Positions 1 through 8,242 of a DNA stretch of 14,975 nucleotides are shown here, in pieces. The translations under genes and the position numbers were made by a program. How positions within the stretch are numbered: the stretch's first letter is position 1; every line of letters starts with the position of its first letter. The notes below the pieces were generated by a model, which was not told the origin of the DNA, ran no database searches, and saw only the letters and a list, made by a program, of their open reading frames with translations. The DNA comes from an uncultured bacterium (lineage in GTDB: Bacteria > Hydrogenedentota > Hydrogenedentia > Hydrogenedentales > JAEUWI01): NCBI GenBank assembly GCA_963977445.1, contig CAXBPH010000172.1, forward strand, positions 1-14,975, written 5' to 3'.

Positions 1-10
1 CGAGCCTGAC

Positions 11-93
11 GGGTTCGTGCGTTGAGCGCCTCGCGAATTCGGTAAAAAAGGACTTCGCGAGGCGCTGCACGCTAAATCCAAGCGCACGAACCC
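11..93. repeat. Long imperfect nested inverted repeat (REP/REPIN-like or structured RNA)
   Basis: gggttcgtgcg (11-21) is the reverse complement of cgcacgaaccc (83-93). agcgcctcgcgaa (25-37) is the perfect reverse complement of ttcgcgaggcgct (54-66). A-rich central loop. May extend beyond the window start. Confidence 0.75.
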
Positions 94-198
94 TCGTGCC
101 TCGGGATCCCGCGGCACATCCGTCGTCGAATAGATTACGGAGAGTGGAGCTCCTTTCCACTTTTTCCAATAGACCAGTTTTGCTACACCTTCGCCGAC

Positions 199-1215
199 TC
201 AAGTTTCAAACACCGCCTCAAAGGCTGCCGTCACCTGGCGCCCCCCTCGGGCCGCGACCGCTTCCGCAATGCGCGTGCGCCATATGCCGTCTCCGCTGTA
301 AATCCCCAGGGCGTTTACGGCAGCGACGGCGTAGGGCGTCGGCTCGTCTTCCACGACCTGAAGCAAGAACGATAGGGCGGCATCGTCCCGCGTGAGCGCC
401 ATGGGGAGCACCAACATGGACAAGTCAAGACCGCGCACGCCCTGCCCGGCCTGCCGCAAGATGGAAAACGACTCGGGCAGTCGCGCTTCGCCAATGGCCA
501 GCGCCGCACCTTCCGAAACCGTCGACTTGTCGGCGTGAAGAAAATCCGCGACAAAGGTAAGGGAGCGCTCCGGGGCAATCCGCATCAACCCCTGCAAGGC
601 CAAGGCGATAATATCTCCATCTTCCTCGTCGGGTTGCAGGCGTTTGACCACGGTTCGTGCTGTCTCCAGCCGGTCCGCGAGCGCGACGGTACGAAGCAAT
701 AATTCCGCCGGAAGTGCCTCGGTCTGTCCCAGGCTTTCCGTAGCGATCCGTCGGGTGCGGGGATCAAGATCCATCAGTAGGGACGCCATTTCCAGAAAGA
801 CGTCCGTATAGCGACATCCAAGGAGGCCCTCCCCCGAAATGCCCCGCAGGGTGGCCGCCGTGTCTTCACTACCGCCGTAAACGGGCTCCATCTGAACGTG
901 TCGCATGCCCCGAAGATAAATATCGGGCTCCCCATGCCCCAGAGAAATCAGGGCCTCCATAATTGGCCGCTTCGCCGCACAGGTCGGATCGGATTTCACG
1001 GGCGATTTCATGAACCGTTCAAACGCGGCGAGCAACTCGGGTATGACTGCCTTAAGCTGCCAGTCGCCCGCCAGCTTTGCCGCCCGACCCACCACGTGGT
1101 TGCTGCGGTGGCCGAGTAGGGCAGCGAGCTGCGATGCACTATCGTCCGCGGGGCCTGCTTGCGCCATGGCGCGCAGGGTGTCGAGGGCTTCCTTGCTGGC
1201 ATCTTTTCTGGCCAT
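199..1215 (-). CDS. HEAT-repeat / alpha-solenoid domain-containing protein (338 aa)
   Basis: Ala/Leu-rich helical repeats (e.g. LLMDLDPRTRRIATESLG, FLHADKSTVSEGAALAIGE, YAVAAVNALG). Start moved from 1260 to the ATG at 1215 (MARKDAS...), which has a GGAGG Shine-Dalgarno upstream. Confidence 0.8.
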   Translation of the reverse strand: MARKDASKEALDTLRAMAQAGPADDSASQLAALLGHRSNHVVGRAAKLAGDWQLKAVIPELLAAFERFMKSPVKSDPTCAAKRPIMEALISLGHGEPDIYLRGMRHVQMEPVYGGSEDTAATLRGISGEGLLGCRYTDVFLEMASLLMDLDPRTRRIATESLGQTEALPAELLLRTVALADRLETARTVVKRLQPDEEDGDIIALALQGLMRIAPERSLTFVADFLHADKSTVSEGAALAIGEARLPESFSILRQAGQGVRGLDLSMLVLPMALTRDDAALSFLLQVVEDEPTPYAVAAVNALGIYSGDGIWRTRIAEAVAARGGRQVTAAFEAVFET

Positions 1216-1361
1216 TTGTTCCGGGCCTCCTCCGTTGCATGTGGGCCGTCGTTCTATCACACCCTGCGACCAAAAATCGACCTGAAATCATTACGGCATA
1301 CTTCGGTCCCGCCTACTGAATCGCCCTTCACGACACGATGTAAACTAGGAACATGCAATTA

Positions 1362-1391
1362 TTGACTACCATCGCCCTGTCGTGGCAGCAT
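1362..1391 (+). promoter_or_regulatory. Candidate sigma70-type promoter for the paralog pair
   Basis: TTGACT (1362-1367), 18-nt spacer ending TGG, then a weak -10 CAGCAT, preceded by an AT-rich stretch in the divergent intergenic region. Confidence 0.3.
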
Positions 1392-1494
1392 GGGTCTTTC
1401 GGCTGATCGGGCCAGGGTCTCCACGTCGGGCTGACGCGCAGAGGCCACATCGTGCACCGTCTGATCTCAGGTATCGAATACGAAGGAACGCGCC

Positions 1495-3693
1495 ATGTTG
1501 ACCTCCCGTAGTTTCGTCCTTGCTGCAGCGCAGTTATGCAGTTTCACTTTCGCGGTTGCCCACGGTGAAGCACTGCTTCACCCACGACCCGCAGGATTCA
1601 CCGAGCCGGGAACGACGAGCGCCCCCGTTGGCCTCGCCTTTCAAGGCGTCGTGGAAGACGCCAAGTTTATGGTCGACACCATAGCCACCTTTCCCCGTGA
1701 GTCCATGGTGCCGGGCATCGTGACATCGGTAACGGTCAACGGAAAGACGCTGGATACCTTTCTTGTAAAAAATGCCAACATCTTCAGCGGCAACCGCCAG
1801 GTCCACGGGGCAGAGGATATCACCGTCTCCTTCTATGTGGGATGGGAACCCGCCACGGACTATGCCATCGTCGTAACCCTGGAGAAAATCGAGGGCACGG
1901 AGGTCACCCTTACGACCTCGGGCACCACACCGGCAGAGCGCATGGTCACGGGCGGCGTCGGGTTCAGCCCACCTTCCATCCAGTTTCCCTATCACACTAT
2001 TTCCATGTCCTTTGCAAAAGAGGCGCTGGACCCCGGCACCGTTACCCGGGTGGAAGTAGACGGTGTATGGAACCGGGACGCTCGCTTTTTCAATGAAGGC
2101 CTCCAAGACCCCGCTTCCATCGAAGGCAGCAAGGGTCTGGAAGGGGAAAGCTATACGGGTGAGATCGATGGCTCCCGGGGCTTCCGGGTCGTCGCTCCCT
2201 GCGTATGGACCAATAGCTCCAGGCACTCCATGAAGGTCGTCGTCGTCGATGCCGATGGCAACGAGACCATCTACGAACACGAAGGCAACGCACCGGCCAC
2301 GCGGGGGCACTTTAGCGAAACATGGCCCCATGTCATTTCCCTCGTAGTCCATGAAACCGCAGGTATACGCCGCGATGGCGAGCCTGTCCACGCCACGATT
2401 GGCCCCTATGCCGACGACTTTGGCCCGGAAGACAGCTCCATCCTCGTCGTCACCTATGACCCCACCCACCCCAACGCCGGGGAGGACGGTTATGTCGTGG
2501 CACCCCATCAAATCGTAGACGCTTCTGAGTGGCGCGACGAAGCCATGCTCAACAGCGACGAGAAAGACACGGAAACGGGCGAGCTGATACATCGCTACGA
2601 TGCCACCACCACGGTGGAATTCGTGTTTCTTGCCGATGTGCAGCAATACGAAAATAAAATATACCAGGTGCTCTACGGCGACACATCGAAAGCCAAGGTG
2701 AAACTTCCCGAGACCGACCTGAAGGTCGCCCAGCATGAGGGCCTCGGCCAGAATGTATCGAACGACTACTACGCCATCGAAACCTCGGCCAACAGCGGGG
2801 CCGTCGAGACAGTCACCATCCTGGGCGACGGCGATCCTGTCCTCCTGGAACATAAGCTGGAAACCAATGGTGCAGTCCACTGGAACCCCGGTGTGTATTC
2901 ACCACCCACGCCCTGGGTGCACGTGAGTGACTGGGAGAATCCCGATGCGGCTCAATTTACCGGCCCCCTGATGCACCGCACCCGTCGCCATGCCCTGCTA
3001 CCCTTCATGGACGAGGCCAGCGCCCATGTGTCCTACACCTTCTATGCCGGTCAGCCCTATATCCTTCAGACGTCTCTGTTGGAAGTAAATCAAGACCTCT
3101 TCGTGGCCGCCCTGCGCAATGGCGAGATCGTCTTCAATCACGCCGTCCTCGATGAGTTCGTCTGGCTCGACGAATTGGGTGTGGTGCAGCATATGAAAAT
3201 CGACGGCACCAGGGAGCACCCCGTTCACGCCATGGATTTTTCGGCGGACACGCCCTGGATGGCCTTCATCAATCGCGAGAAGAAAGTCGGTTTCGCCAAC
3301 ATCGCGTTGGCCTATGAAAACACAAACCGCTACGGCGATCCTGCAAGTGTGGCCCAGCCCTATTTCTACATTCAAAATGGCCCCTGGATCTACTGGGCAC
3401 GCCCCCTCGTCTACCCCTTTGCGGGGAACAACATGACCCGACTGATGAAAGTCCGCAAGGGCAGCATGTACTACGAAAAGAATGCCTGGGTGCCCTTCCG
3501 ATTTGCCGAAGGGGACAACCCCTTCGCCGCAATCGAGCAACTGAACAAACGACTCCGCGCACCCCTCCAGGTAATGGAATGGATGGCCACCGATGAACGT
3601 GCTCCCGCAAGTTGGATCATGCCCATATTGACCATGCCCTTCGATGAAGGGGTCGCGGGTCAGGTTGGCAGTCAGAAAGAAGGGAAGGAATAA
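1495..3693 (+). CDS. Secreted hypothetical protein, 732 aa; two N-terminal beta repeats plus a C-terminal beta-rich (supersandwich-like) region; possibly carbohydrate-active
   Basis: Long ORF with GAAGGA SD and a signal-peptide-like N-terminus (...AVAHG/E). Motif V-x-E-x-A-G-x-x-R-x-x-E-P-V. Clear paralogy to the next ORF. Confidence 0.85.
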   Translation: MLTSRSFVLAAAQLCSFTFAVAHGEALLHPRPAGFTEPGTTSAPVGLAFQGVVEDAKFMVDTIATFPRESMVPGIVTSVTVNGKTLDTFLVKNANIFSGNRQVHGAEDITVSFYVGWEPATDYAIVVTLEKIEGTEVTLTTSGTTPAERMVTGGVGFSPPSIQFPYHTISMSFAKEALDPGTVTRVEVDGVWNRDARFFNEGLQDPASIEGSKGLEGESYTGEIDGSRGFRVVAPCVWTNSSRHSMKVVVVDADGNETIYEHEGNAPATRGHFSETWPHVISLVVHETAGIRRDGEPVHATIGPYADDFGPEDSSILVVTYDPTHPNAGEDGYVVAPHQIVDASEWRDEAMLNSDEKDTETGELIHRYDATTTVEFVFLADVQQYENKIYQVLYGDTSKAKVKLPETDLKVAQHEGLGQNVSNDYYAIETSANSGAVETVTILGDGDPVLLEHKLETNGAVHWNPGVYSPPTPWVHVSDWENPDAAQFTGPLMHRTRRHALLPFMDEASAHVSYTFYAGQPYILQTSLLEVNQDLFVAALRNGEIVFNHAVLDEFVWLDELGVVQHMKIDGTREHPVHAMDFSADTPWMAFINREKKVGFANIALAYENTNRYGDPASVAQPYFYIQNGPWIYWARPLVYPFAGNNMTRLMKVRKGSMYYEKNAWVPFRFAEGDNPFAAIEQLNKRLRAPLQVMEWMATDERAPASWIMPILTMPFDEGVAGQVGSQKEGKE

Positions 3694-5468
3694 TGAAGGC
3701 CATGATGTATCGCCCAACCTCCTGTGTTCTGTTCGCCCTCGCGATGGCGCTCGGCTCCGTCGCTACTGCCCAGTCCTCGCCCGCCATCTCGGTGGAAAAA
3801 GGCTATGATGTAGGCGATGGGCAAGTGCTCTATGACACGCCCTTCGACCCCGCCGACGTTTCAGAAGTCACCTTCTATGCACCGACCACCGACCATCCCT
3901 ATTACGAAATCGTCGTCCCCATGGGCGATTGGACAGACGGAAAAGATGCGAACTTTAGCAAAGTCTCTGTCAATGGCGTGAATTGCGAGTCTTACTACGT
4001 CTTTGTGGATGGCTTTGCCCATGTGCAGAGCGGCTGGCTTACAAGAGAACGTCCCGAAGCGAAAAATGTCGTCCTCGTGGCCCGCACCCTCTGGCACAAC
4101 GGAGAATCCGTCACCATCGATGTGGAATTATCCGCGACCGACGCAGAGGGTAAGGCCGCCACGATAGCCAAGAACTATGCCGCTACGGCACCAAAGACGG
4201 GCGGCGGTCCGGCGGGGTGGAAGCGCTATCAGTCGGTCGTGCTGGAAGAGAAAGCGGGCCTCAACCGGGACCACGAGCCCGTAGAGTTCTCTATCGCTGC
4301 CCGCGCCGAAAATTGTGGCGATCTGGAAAAAGAACTGCGTGTTTTTGCGGTCAACCCCCTCGATCAATCCCTGACCGCCCTCCCCTTTCAAACCTTTAAC
4401 CCCGGTAGCTTCGGCGGCACACCACCAGGCACGGCGAACGAAAACTATCTGCAGCATCCCAGCCGCTTTATCGACGTCGTAACCCAGGCCAGTGTGGCAG
4501 CCGACGGGAAACTCGTCCTGGTGGCCTGCTACGACAACCCGGACGCCGCACCCCTGCCCGCACCAAAAACGGACCTGAAGGTTACCGGTGAATCTCTGAG
4601 TGCCGTCGTGGAAAACGATTATTTCACCGCGAAACTCGACGACAAATCCGGCCAGATTGCCTCCTTCACCTTGAAGGGAAGAGCGACCGACCCTGTACCC
4701 CTGTTAACGAACAGCCAGAGTGGTGCCCTTCACTGGAATCCCGATTCCTTTGGCGACAACGGACTCTGGGGCCACACCTTTTCCTGGGATCCCCCAGAAA
4801 AAACAGTGGTCACGACCCGGGGTCCCTTCCTGTTCCGTATTACCAACAGTGGACGCATGCCCGGAAGCACGCCCCAGATCTGGGCGTCGGTCACCTATTC
4901 CTTCTACGCCTACACGCCCTACGTCAACGTAACGACGTCCATGGAGGTCCGGGAAACCTTTAATGCGAACGCCATCCGCAATGGTGAAGTGGTGCTTGAC
5001 ACCCACCTGGTCGATCATTTCGTCTGGGAGGAAAAAAGTGGTGCCATCAAGACGATTCGCACCCTCCACGGCCCCAACTGGCAGGACGAATGGTCCACCC
5101 GGGTCGACGCCGACATCCCCTGGCTCGCGATGACCAACGAAGTCCACGATTATGGCATTGGGGCGGTCAACATTGCGGCGACGACCTTCAACCCCGATTC
5201 CGGGGAGGCCACCTTGCATCGTCCGGCCTATTACCTCTACTACCACCATTTCTGGGGCACGCCCCTGACCTATTTCACCCGCGGCTGGGTCTACCCCTTC
5301 AGCGACTACCAACGTGGCCCGATTATTGTGGTAAAACCCGGCTCCACCTATCTCGAAAAAATGGCGCTGACGCCCTTCTTCCTTCAAGAGGGAGCCGGGC
5401 GCTACAAAGCAATTGCGGATGTGAGCACGAGTCTGAAACAGCCCCTGGAACAGCGCTGGGGACGGTAG
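3693..5468 (+). CDS. Secreted hypothetical protein, 591 aa; paralog of the upstream gene
   Basis: TAATG stop/start overlap with the upstream gene. Signal peptide (VLFALAMALGSVATA/Q). Shared motifs TDLKV, NDY, GAxHWNP, AxRNGExV, FVW, PWxAxxN, VYPF. Confidence 0.85.
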   Translation: MKAMMYRPTSCVLFALAMALGSVATAQSSPAISVEKGYDVGDGQVLYDTPFDPADVSEVTFYAPTTDHPYYEIVVPMGDWTDGKDANFSKVSVNGVNCESYYVFVDGFAHVQSGWLTRERPEAKNVVLVARTLWHNGESVTIDVELSATDAEGKAATIAKNYAATAPKTGGGPAGWKRYQSVVLEEKAGLNRDHEPVEFSIAARAENCGDLEKELRVFAVNPLDQSLTALPFQTFNPGSFGGTPPGTANENYLQHPSRFIDVVTQASVAADGKLVLVACYDNPDAAPLPAPKTDLKVTGESLSAVVENDYFTAKLDDKSGQIASFTLKGRATDPVPLLTNSQSGALHWNPDSFGDNGLWGHTFSWDPPEKTVVTTRGPFLFRITNSGRMPGSTPQIWASVTYSFYAYTPYVNVTTSMEVRETFNANAIRNGEVVLDTHLVDHFVWEEKSGAIKTIRTLHGPNWQDEWSTRVDADIPWLAMTNEVHDYGIGAVNIAATTFNPDSGEATLHRPAYYLYYHHFWGTPLTYFTRGWVYPFSDYQRGPIIVVKPGSTYLEKMALTPFFLQEGAGRYKAIADVSTSLKQPLEQRWGR

Positions 5469-5538
5469 GGGACTGCCCAAAATGTCAGTAAACCCAGTCT
5501 CGGTATGCAGCGCACGGGATAGCTGCAGGAACCCGTGG

Positions 5539-6285
5539 CTATTCTAAATCGGCCGATTCCCAGCTATCATAATCTCCGCCGCACGCTTCTGCCATTTGCA
5601 TGAGGGGCAACGTCACGTTGGCGATGTTTTCGTAGGAGGGGATGTCGTCCCGGGCGATTACAATGGAGAACTGCTCCACATCTTCATCGGGATCATGGAG
5701 GCTCACCAACGTGAAGCCCGCTGCTTCCGCCTTTTGTTGAAAGGCCTGCCGTGTCGTCTCGTCGGCAAAGTAGGCCCAATGGGTGAGCTCTCTCGACGCC
5801 GTCAGCGGATCGCCATTCGACTCGAGACTCTGCAGTACACGGTAGTCATACATGCCGCGAAGTTCGGTGTCGTCGGGACAAAGGAGTTCGAAAAACAGCT
5901 CCCATTCCGGGTCCTCGTCGGTGCCCGACTCCGATTCGTAGTCCGGAAAGGTTCTCATCGCATCGCGGACCCGGTCTTCCCAGTCGCCCCCTTCGCTTCG
6001 ATAAAAGTAGTAGCGCTGGCAGCCGTCGTGGATGATTCGGCCTATAAAGTCCGACGTACCTTCCGCCTGAAGCCGGTCGTCGAGACGTTCGTCGATTTCC
6101 TGAAGCACATCGTATTCTTCATCCGACATGAGTCCGTCTGGAGTGGGCTGTTTCATATAGACGCAAACCCAGGCCATGTAAGGCAATGTGGCTATGGGCG
6201 CGAGACGCATGAACTCCAGATCAAGCAGTATAGACGCGGGTTTCTCTTCAATTTCGCACAGATACGCGTCCCAGTCAGATTCCAT
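5539..6285 (-). CDS. DUF695 domain protein with C-terminal RraB (regulator of RNase E activity B)-like domain
   Basis: N-terminal WDAYLCEIEEKPASILLDL, middle DEDPEWELF, C-terminal LESNGDPLTASRELTHWAYF...GGDYDSWE match the DUF695+RraB architecture. Highly acidic. TAAGGA SD. Confidence 0.75.
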   Translation of the reverse strand: MESDWDAYLCEIEEKPASILLDLEFMRLAPIATLPYMAWVCVYMKQPTPDGLMSDEEYDVLQEIDERLDDRLQAEGTSDFIGRIIHDGCQRYYFYRSEGGDWEDRVRDAMRTFPDYESESGTDEDPEWELFFELLCPDDTELRGMYDYRVLQSLESNGDPLTASRELTHWAYFADETTRQAFQQKAEAAGFTLVSLHDPDEDVEQFSIVIARDDIPSYENIANVTLPLMQMAEACGGDYDSWESADLE

Positions 6286-6488
6286 TGGAAGACTTCCTTA
6301 TCGCTAATGTAGATTAAACGGGTTGCTTTGGCTTCGTGGTGCGCCGCTCCAGTAGCTGCAGCACCCCGATTTTACCCGATAATGACAACTTACAGCGCGA
6401 AGTTCAATGCTGAGGGTATATTTCAGGCGTTGGCGGGCAAAAAAACTTTGACCAAACGAGGAGCAGGCCACCCTTGGGCGGCAATCCC

Positions 6489-7382
6489 CTACTTCGCCAA
6501 CTGCTTATCAAACCAGTCGCACATAACCGCCACCTCTTCATAAATGGTGGGCCAGGGGTGCCCACCGCCCGCTTTGACAATAAGCGTGGCCTCATGTCCG
6601 GCGTCCATCAGCGCCTTCACCATAAGCTCCGACTGCTCCAGCTTCACCCGTTCGTCGGCATCACCATGGATGAACAAAAAGGGTGGGGTTTTGTCATTAA
6701 TCTGCTTCGTGGGCGATAGGGCCTTGGATTTCTCCGCGATCTCCTCCGCCGTCTTTCCGTCAAAGCCATCGTAGAAAAAGAAAGGAGCCAACCGGCGCAG
6801 CGGGCCCTCGCTCCAATCCACCAGCGTAAAGTCGGTCGGTGGGAAAAACACGGCAGCAGCCGCCACCGTGGTGTCGAAGGCACCATAATCTCCCTTACCC
6901 GTCGGTCCCTCTGCCGTAACGGCCGCATAGGTGGCCAGGTATCCACCCGCCGAGGCCCCGGTTATTCCGAGACGATCCGGGTCCACGCCGTACTCCTCAG
7001 CGTGCCCCTTGACCCAGCGAATGCCCATTTTCACATGGTCGTTCATCTCGCCGCCCGTATACTTCGTAATGGAACCCGGTCGAATCGCAAATACCGTATA
7101 GCCCCTGCCGCAATAAATATCATACATCTGGGCTTTTTTGTGGTCATTGATCTTACCGCGGTCCGAATAAAACGCGCCACTCGCCACATCCACGATGGCG
7201 AGTCCGTGCCCCGGCAAGGTGGCATCGGTGTCGGTGGGCGTAAAGACATCCAGGAGGAGGCCCGTGCCGTGGACTTCCGCGAAGACGATGTTCTCTCGCT
7301 GGACGTAGGGCGGCTCGGCGATGGCGGAAAAGGAGATCAGCAAGCAGACCATCAATGCGTAACACGTGGGACGTTTTTTCAT
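6489..7382 (-). CDS. Secreted alpha/beta hydrolase (BD-FAE/HSL-like esterase-lipase), 297 aa
   Basis: GASAG nucleophile elbow after YGVDPDRLGITG, PPFLFIHGDADERV (acid residue), GGGHPW (His). Start placed at ATG 7382 (MKKRPTCYALMVCLLISFSAIA, a signal peptide) with AGGA SD. Confidence 0.9.
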   Translation of the reverse strand: MKKRPTCYALMVCLLISFSAIAEPPYVQRENIVFAEVHGTGLLLDVFTPTDTDATLPGHGLAIVDVASGAFYSDRGKINDHKKAQMYDIYCGRGYTVFAIRPGSITKYTGGEMNDHVKMGIRWVKGHAEEYGVDPDRLGITGASAGGYLATYAAVTAEGPTGKGDYGAFDTTVAAAAVFFPPTDFTLVDWSEGPLRRLAPFFFYDGFDGKTAEEIAEKSKALSPTKQINDKTPPFLFIHGDADERVKLEQSELMVKALMDAGHEATLIVKAGGGHPWPTIYEEVAVMCDWFDKQLAK

Positions 7383-7518
7383 GATTATTCCTGCGGTTGG
7401 TGACATTGAAAACAGTGATACAACACTATGTCCTATGGGACTCAGTTCGTCAACCCTACGTTTCAACCCACCTTACGTGCTAATCTCCTTTTTTGCCCCA
7501 AACCATCAGGAATACTTC

Positions 7519-8043
7519 ATGGAACAATGGAAAAACATCGATACGGTCTACAACGGCACCGTATTCCGCGTTAAGACTGGAGAAGTCACCCTGGACGACG
7601 GCACCGTCGCACAACGGGAAATCGTCGAACATCCCGGCGGCGTGGGCGTGGTCCCCTTTGATGGCACCCACGTGATTCTCGTCCGCCAATACCGCATTGC
7701 CATCCAAAAGGACATCCTGGAGATTCCCGCCGGTAAAAGAGAAGGCGACGAAGACCCGGCATCCTGCGGCATGCGCGAACTCATCGAAGAAACGGGCTAC
7801 CGCGCCGAATCCATGGTCTCGGCAGGCTCCGTCTTTGCCACCGTGGGCTACTGCTCCGAGAAAATCCACCTCTACCTCGCCTTCGACCTCACCCACGTGG
7901 GTCAAGACCTCGACGAAGAAGAGCGTATCGAGTTGGTGAGAATGTCGCTGGACGAAGTACGCCATGGACTCAAAGAACACCGCTTCGAAGACGCCAAAAC
8001 CGTGGTGGCGCTGCACGCCCTGTTGCAGCACCTGGACGGGTAG
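7519..8043 (+). CDS. nudF: Nudix hydrolase, ADP-ribose pyrophosphatase (NudF) type, 174 aa
   Basis: Nudix box GKREGDEDPASCGMRELIEETGY, plus REIVEHPGGV, VRQYR, LEIPAG and C-terminal DAKT motifs. Start placed at ATG 7519 after an AGGA SD. Confidence 0.9.
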   Translation: MEQWKNIDTVYNGTVFRVKTGEVTLDDGTVAQREIVEHPGGVGVVPFDGTHVILVRQYRIAIQKDILEIPAGKREGDEDPASCGMRELIEETGYRAESMVSAGSVFATVGYCSEKIHLYLAFDLTHVGQDLDEEERIELVRMSLDEVRHGLKEHRFEDAKTVVALHALLQHLDG

Positions 8044-8070
8044 GCCTACCGCACGTGCTGTTGCGAGATG

Positions 8071-8109
8071 ATGACGCGGGATTCTGTTAGGGTTGAATCC
8101 CACGCTCAT
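8071..8109. terminator. Stem-loop downstream of nudF (terminator- or stability-type)
   Basis: atga-cgcgggattc ... gaatcccacg-c-tcat: about 14-bp imperfect stem with a 10-nt loop and no clear U-tract. Confidence 0.35.
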
Positions 8110-8141
8110 TGAGTCAATACGTTTTACGTCTCGGGGGCAAT

Positions 8142-8171
8142 TTGGAACTTTGCACCTCGCAAAGGGATAAT
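8142..8171 (+). promoter_or_regulatory. Candidate promoter with a palindromic operator for the inserted cassette
   Basis: TTGGAA, 18 nt, GATAAT. The spacer holds the perfect dyad CTTTGC-N5-GCAAAG (8148-8164). Confidence 0.35.
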
Positions 8172-8242
8172 TAAGAGCAACGTGGCAATTCGGGAATGGG
8201 CATGCGTGCAGGATATCGGGCCCACGATTGAAAGGGAGCAAC

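Noticed and set aside
11..103. Integron attC site or tRNA
   Set aside because: GTTGAGC (21-27) fits GTTRRRY but sits on the wrong arm with no matching RYYYAAC closing the stem. No cloverleaf or T-loop is present.
1390..1494. Riboswitch in the leader of the 732-aa gene (ATCTCAGGT resembles a glycine-riboswitch 3' motif)
   Set aside because: The other conserved aptamer elements (GGAGA, CCGAAG) are absent, and I recognise no other riboswitch consensus.
1534..5480. Long antisense ORFs (448, 239 and 258 aa), and similar shadows at 5596-6312, 7480-8280, 8171-8845 and 9436-10029
   Set aside because: They lie opposite well-supported genes, as expected from GC-rich codon bias, and show no recognisable motifs.
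5466..5500. IS-end-like sequence GGGGACTGCCCAAAA
   Set aside because: No partner inverted repeat, target duplication or transposase is visible.
6467..6482. Intrinsic terminator after the esterase gene
   Set aside because: Short stem with no adjacent U-tract, so support is insufficient.
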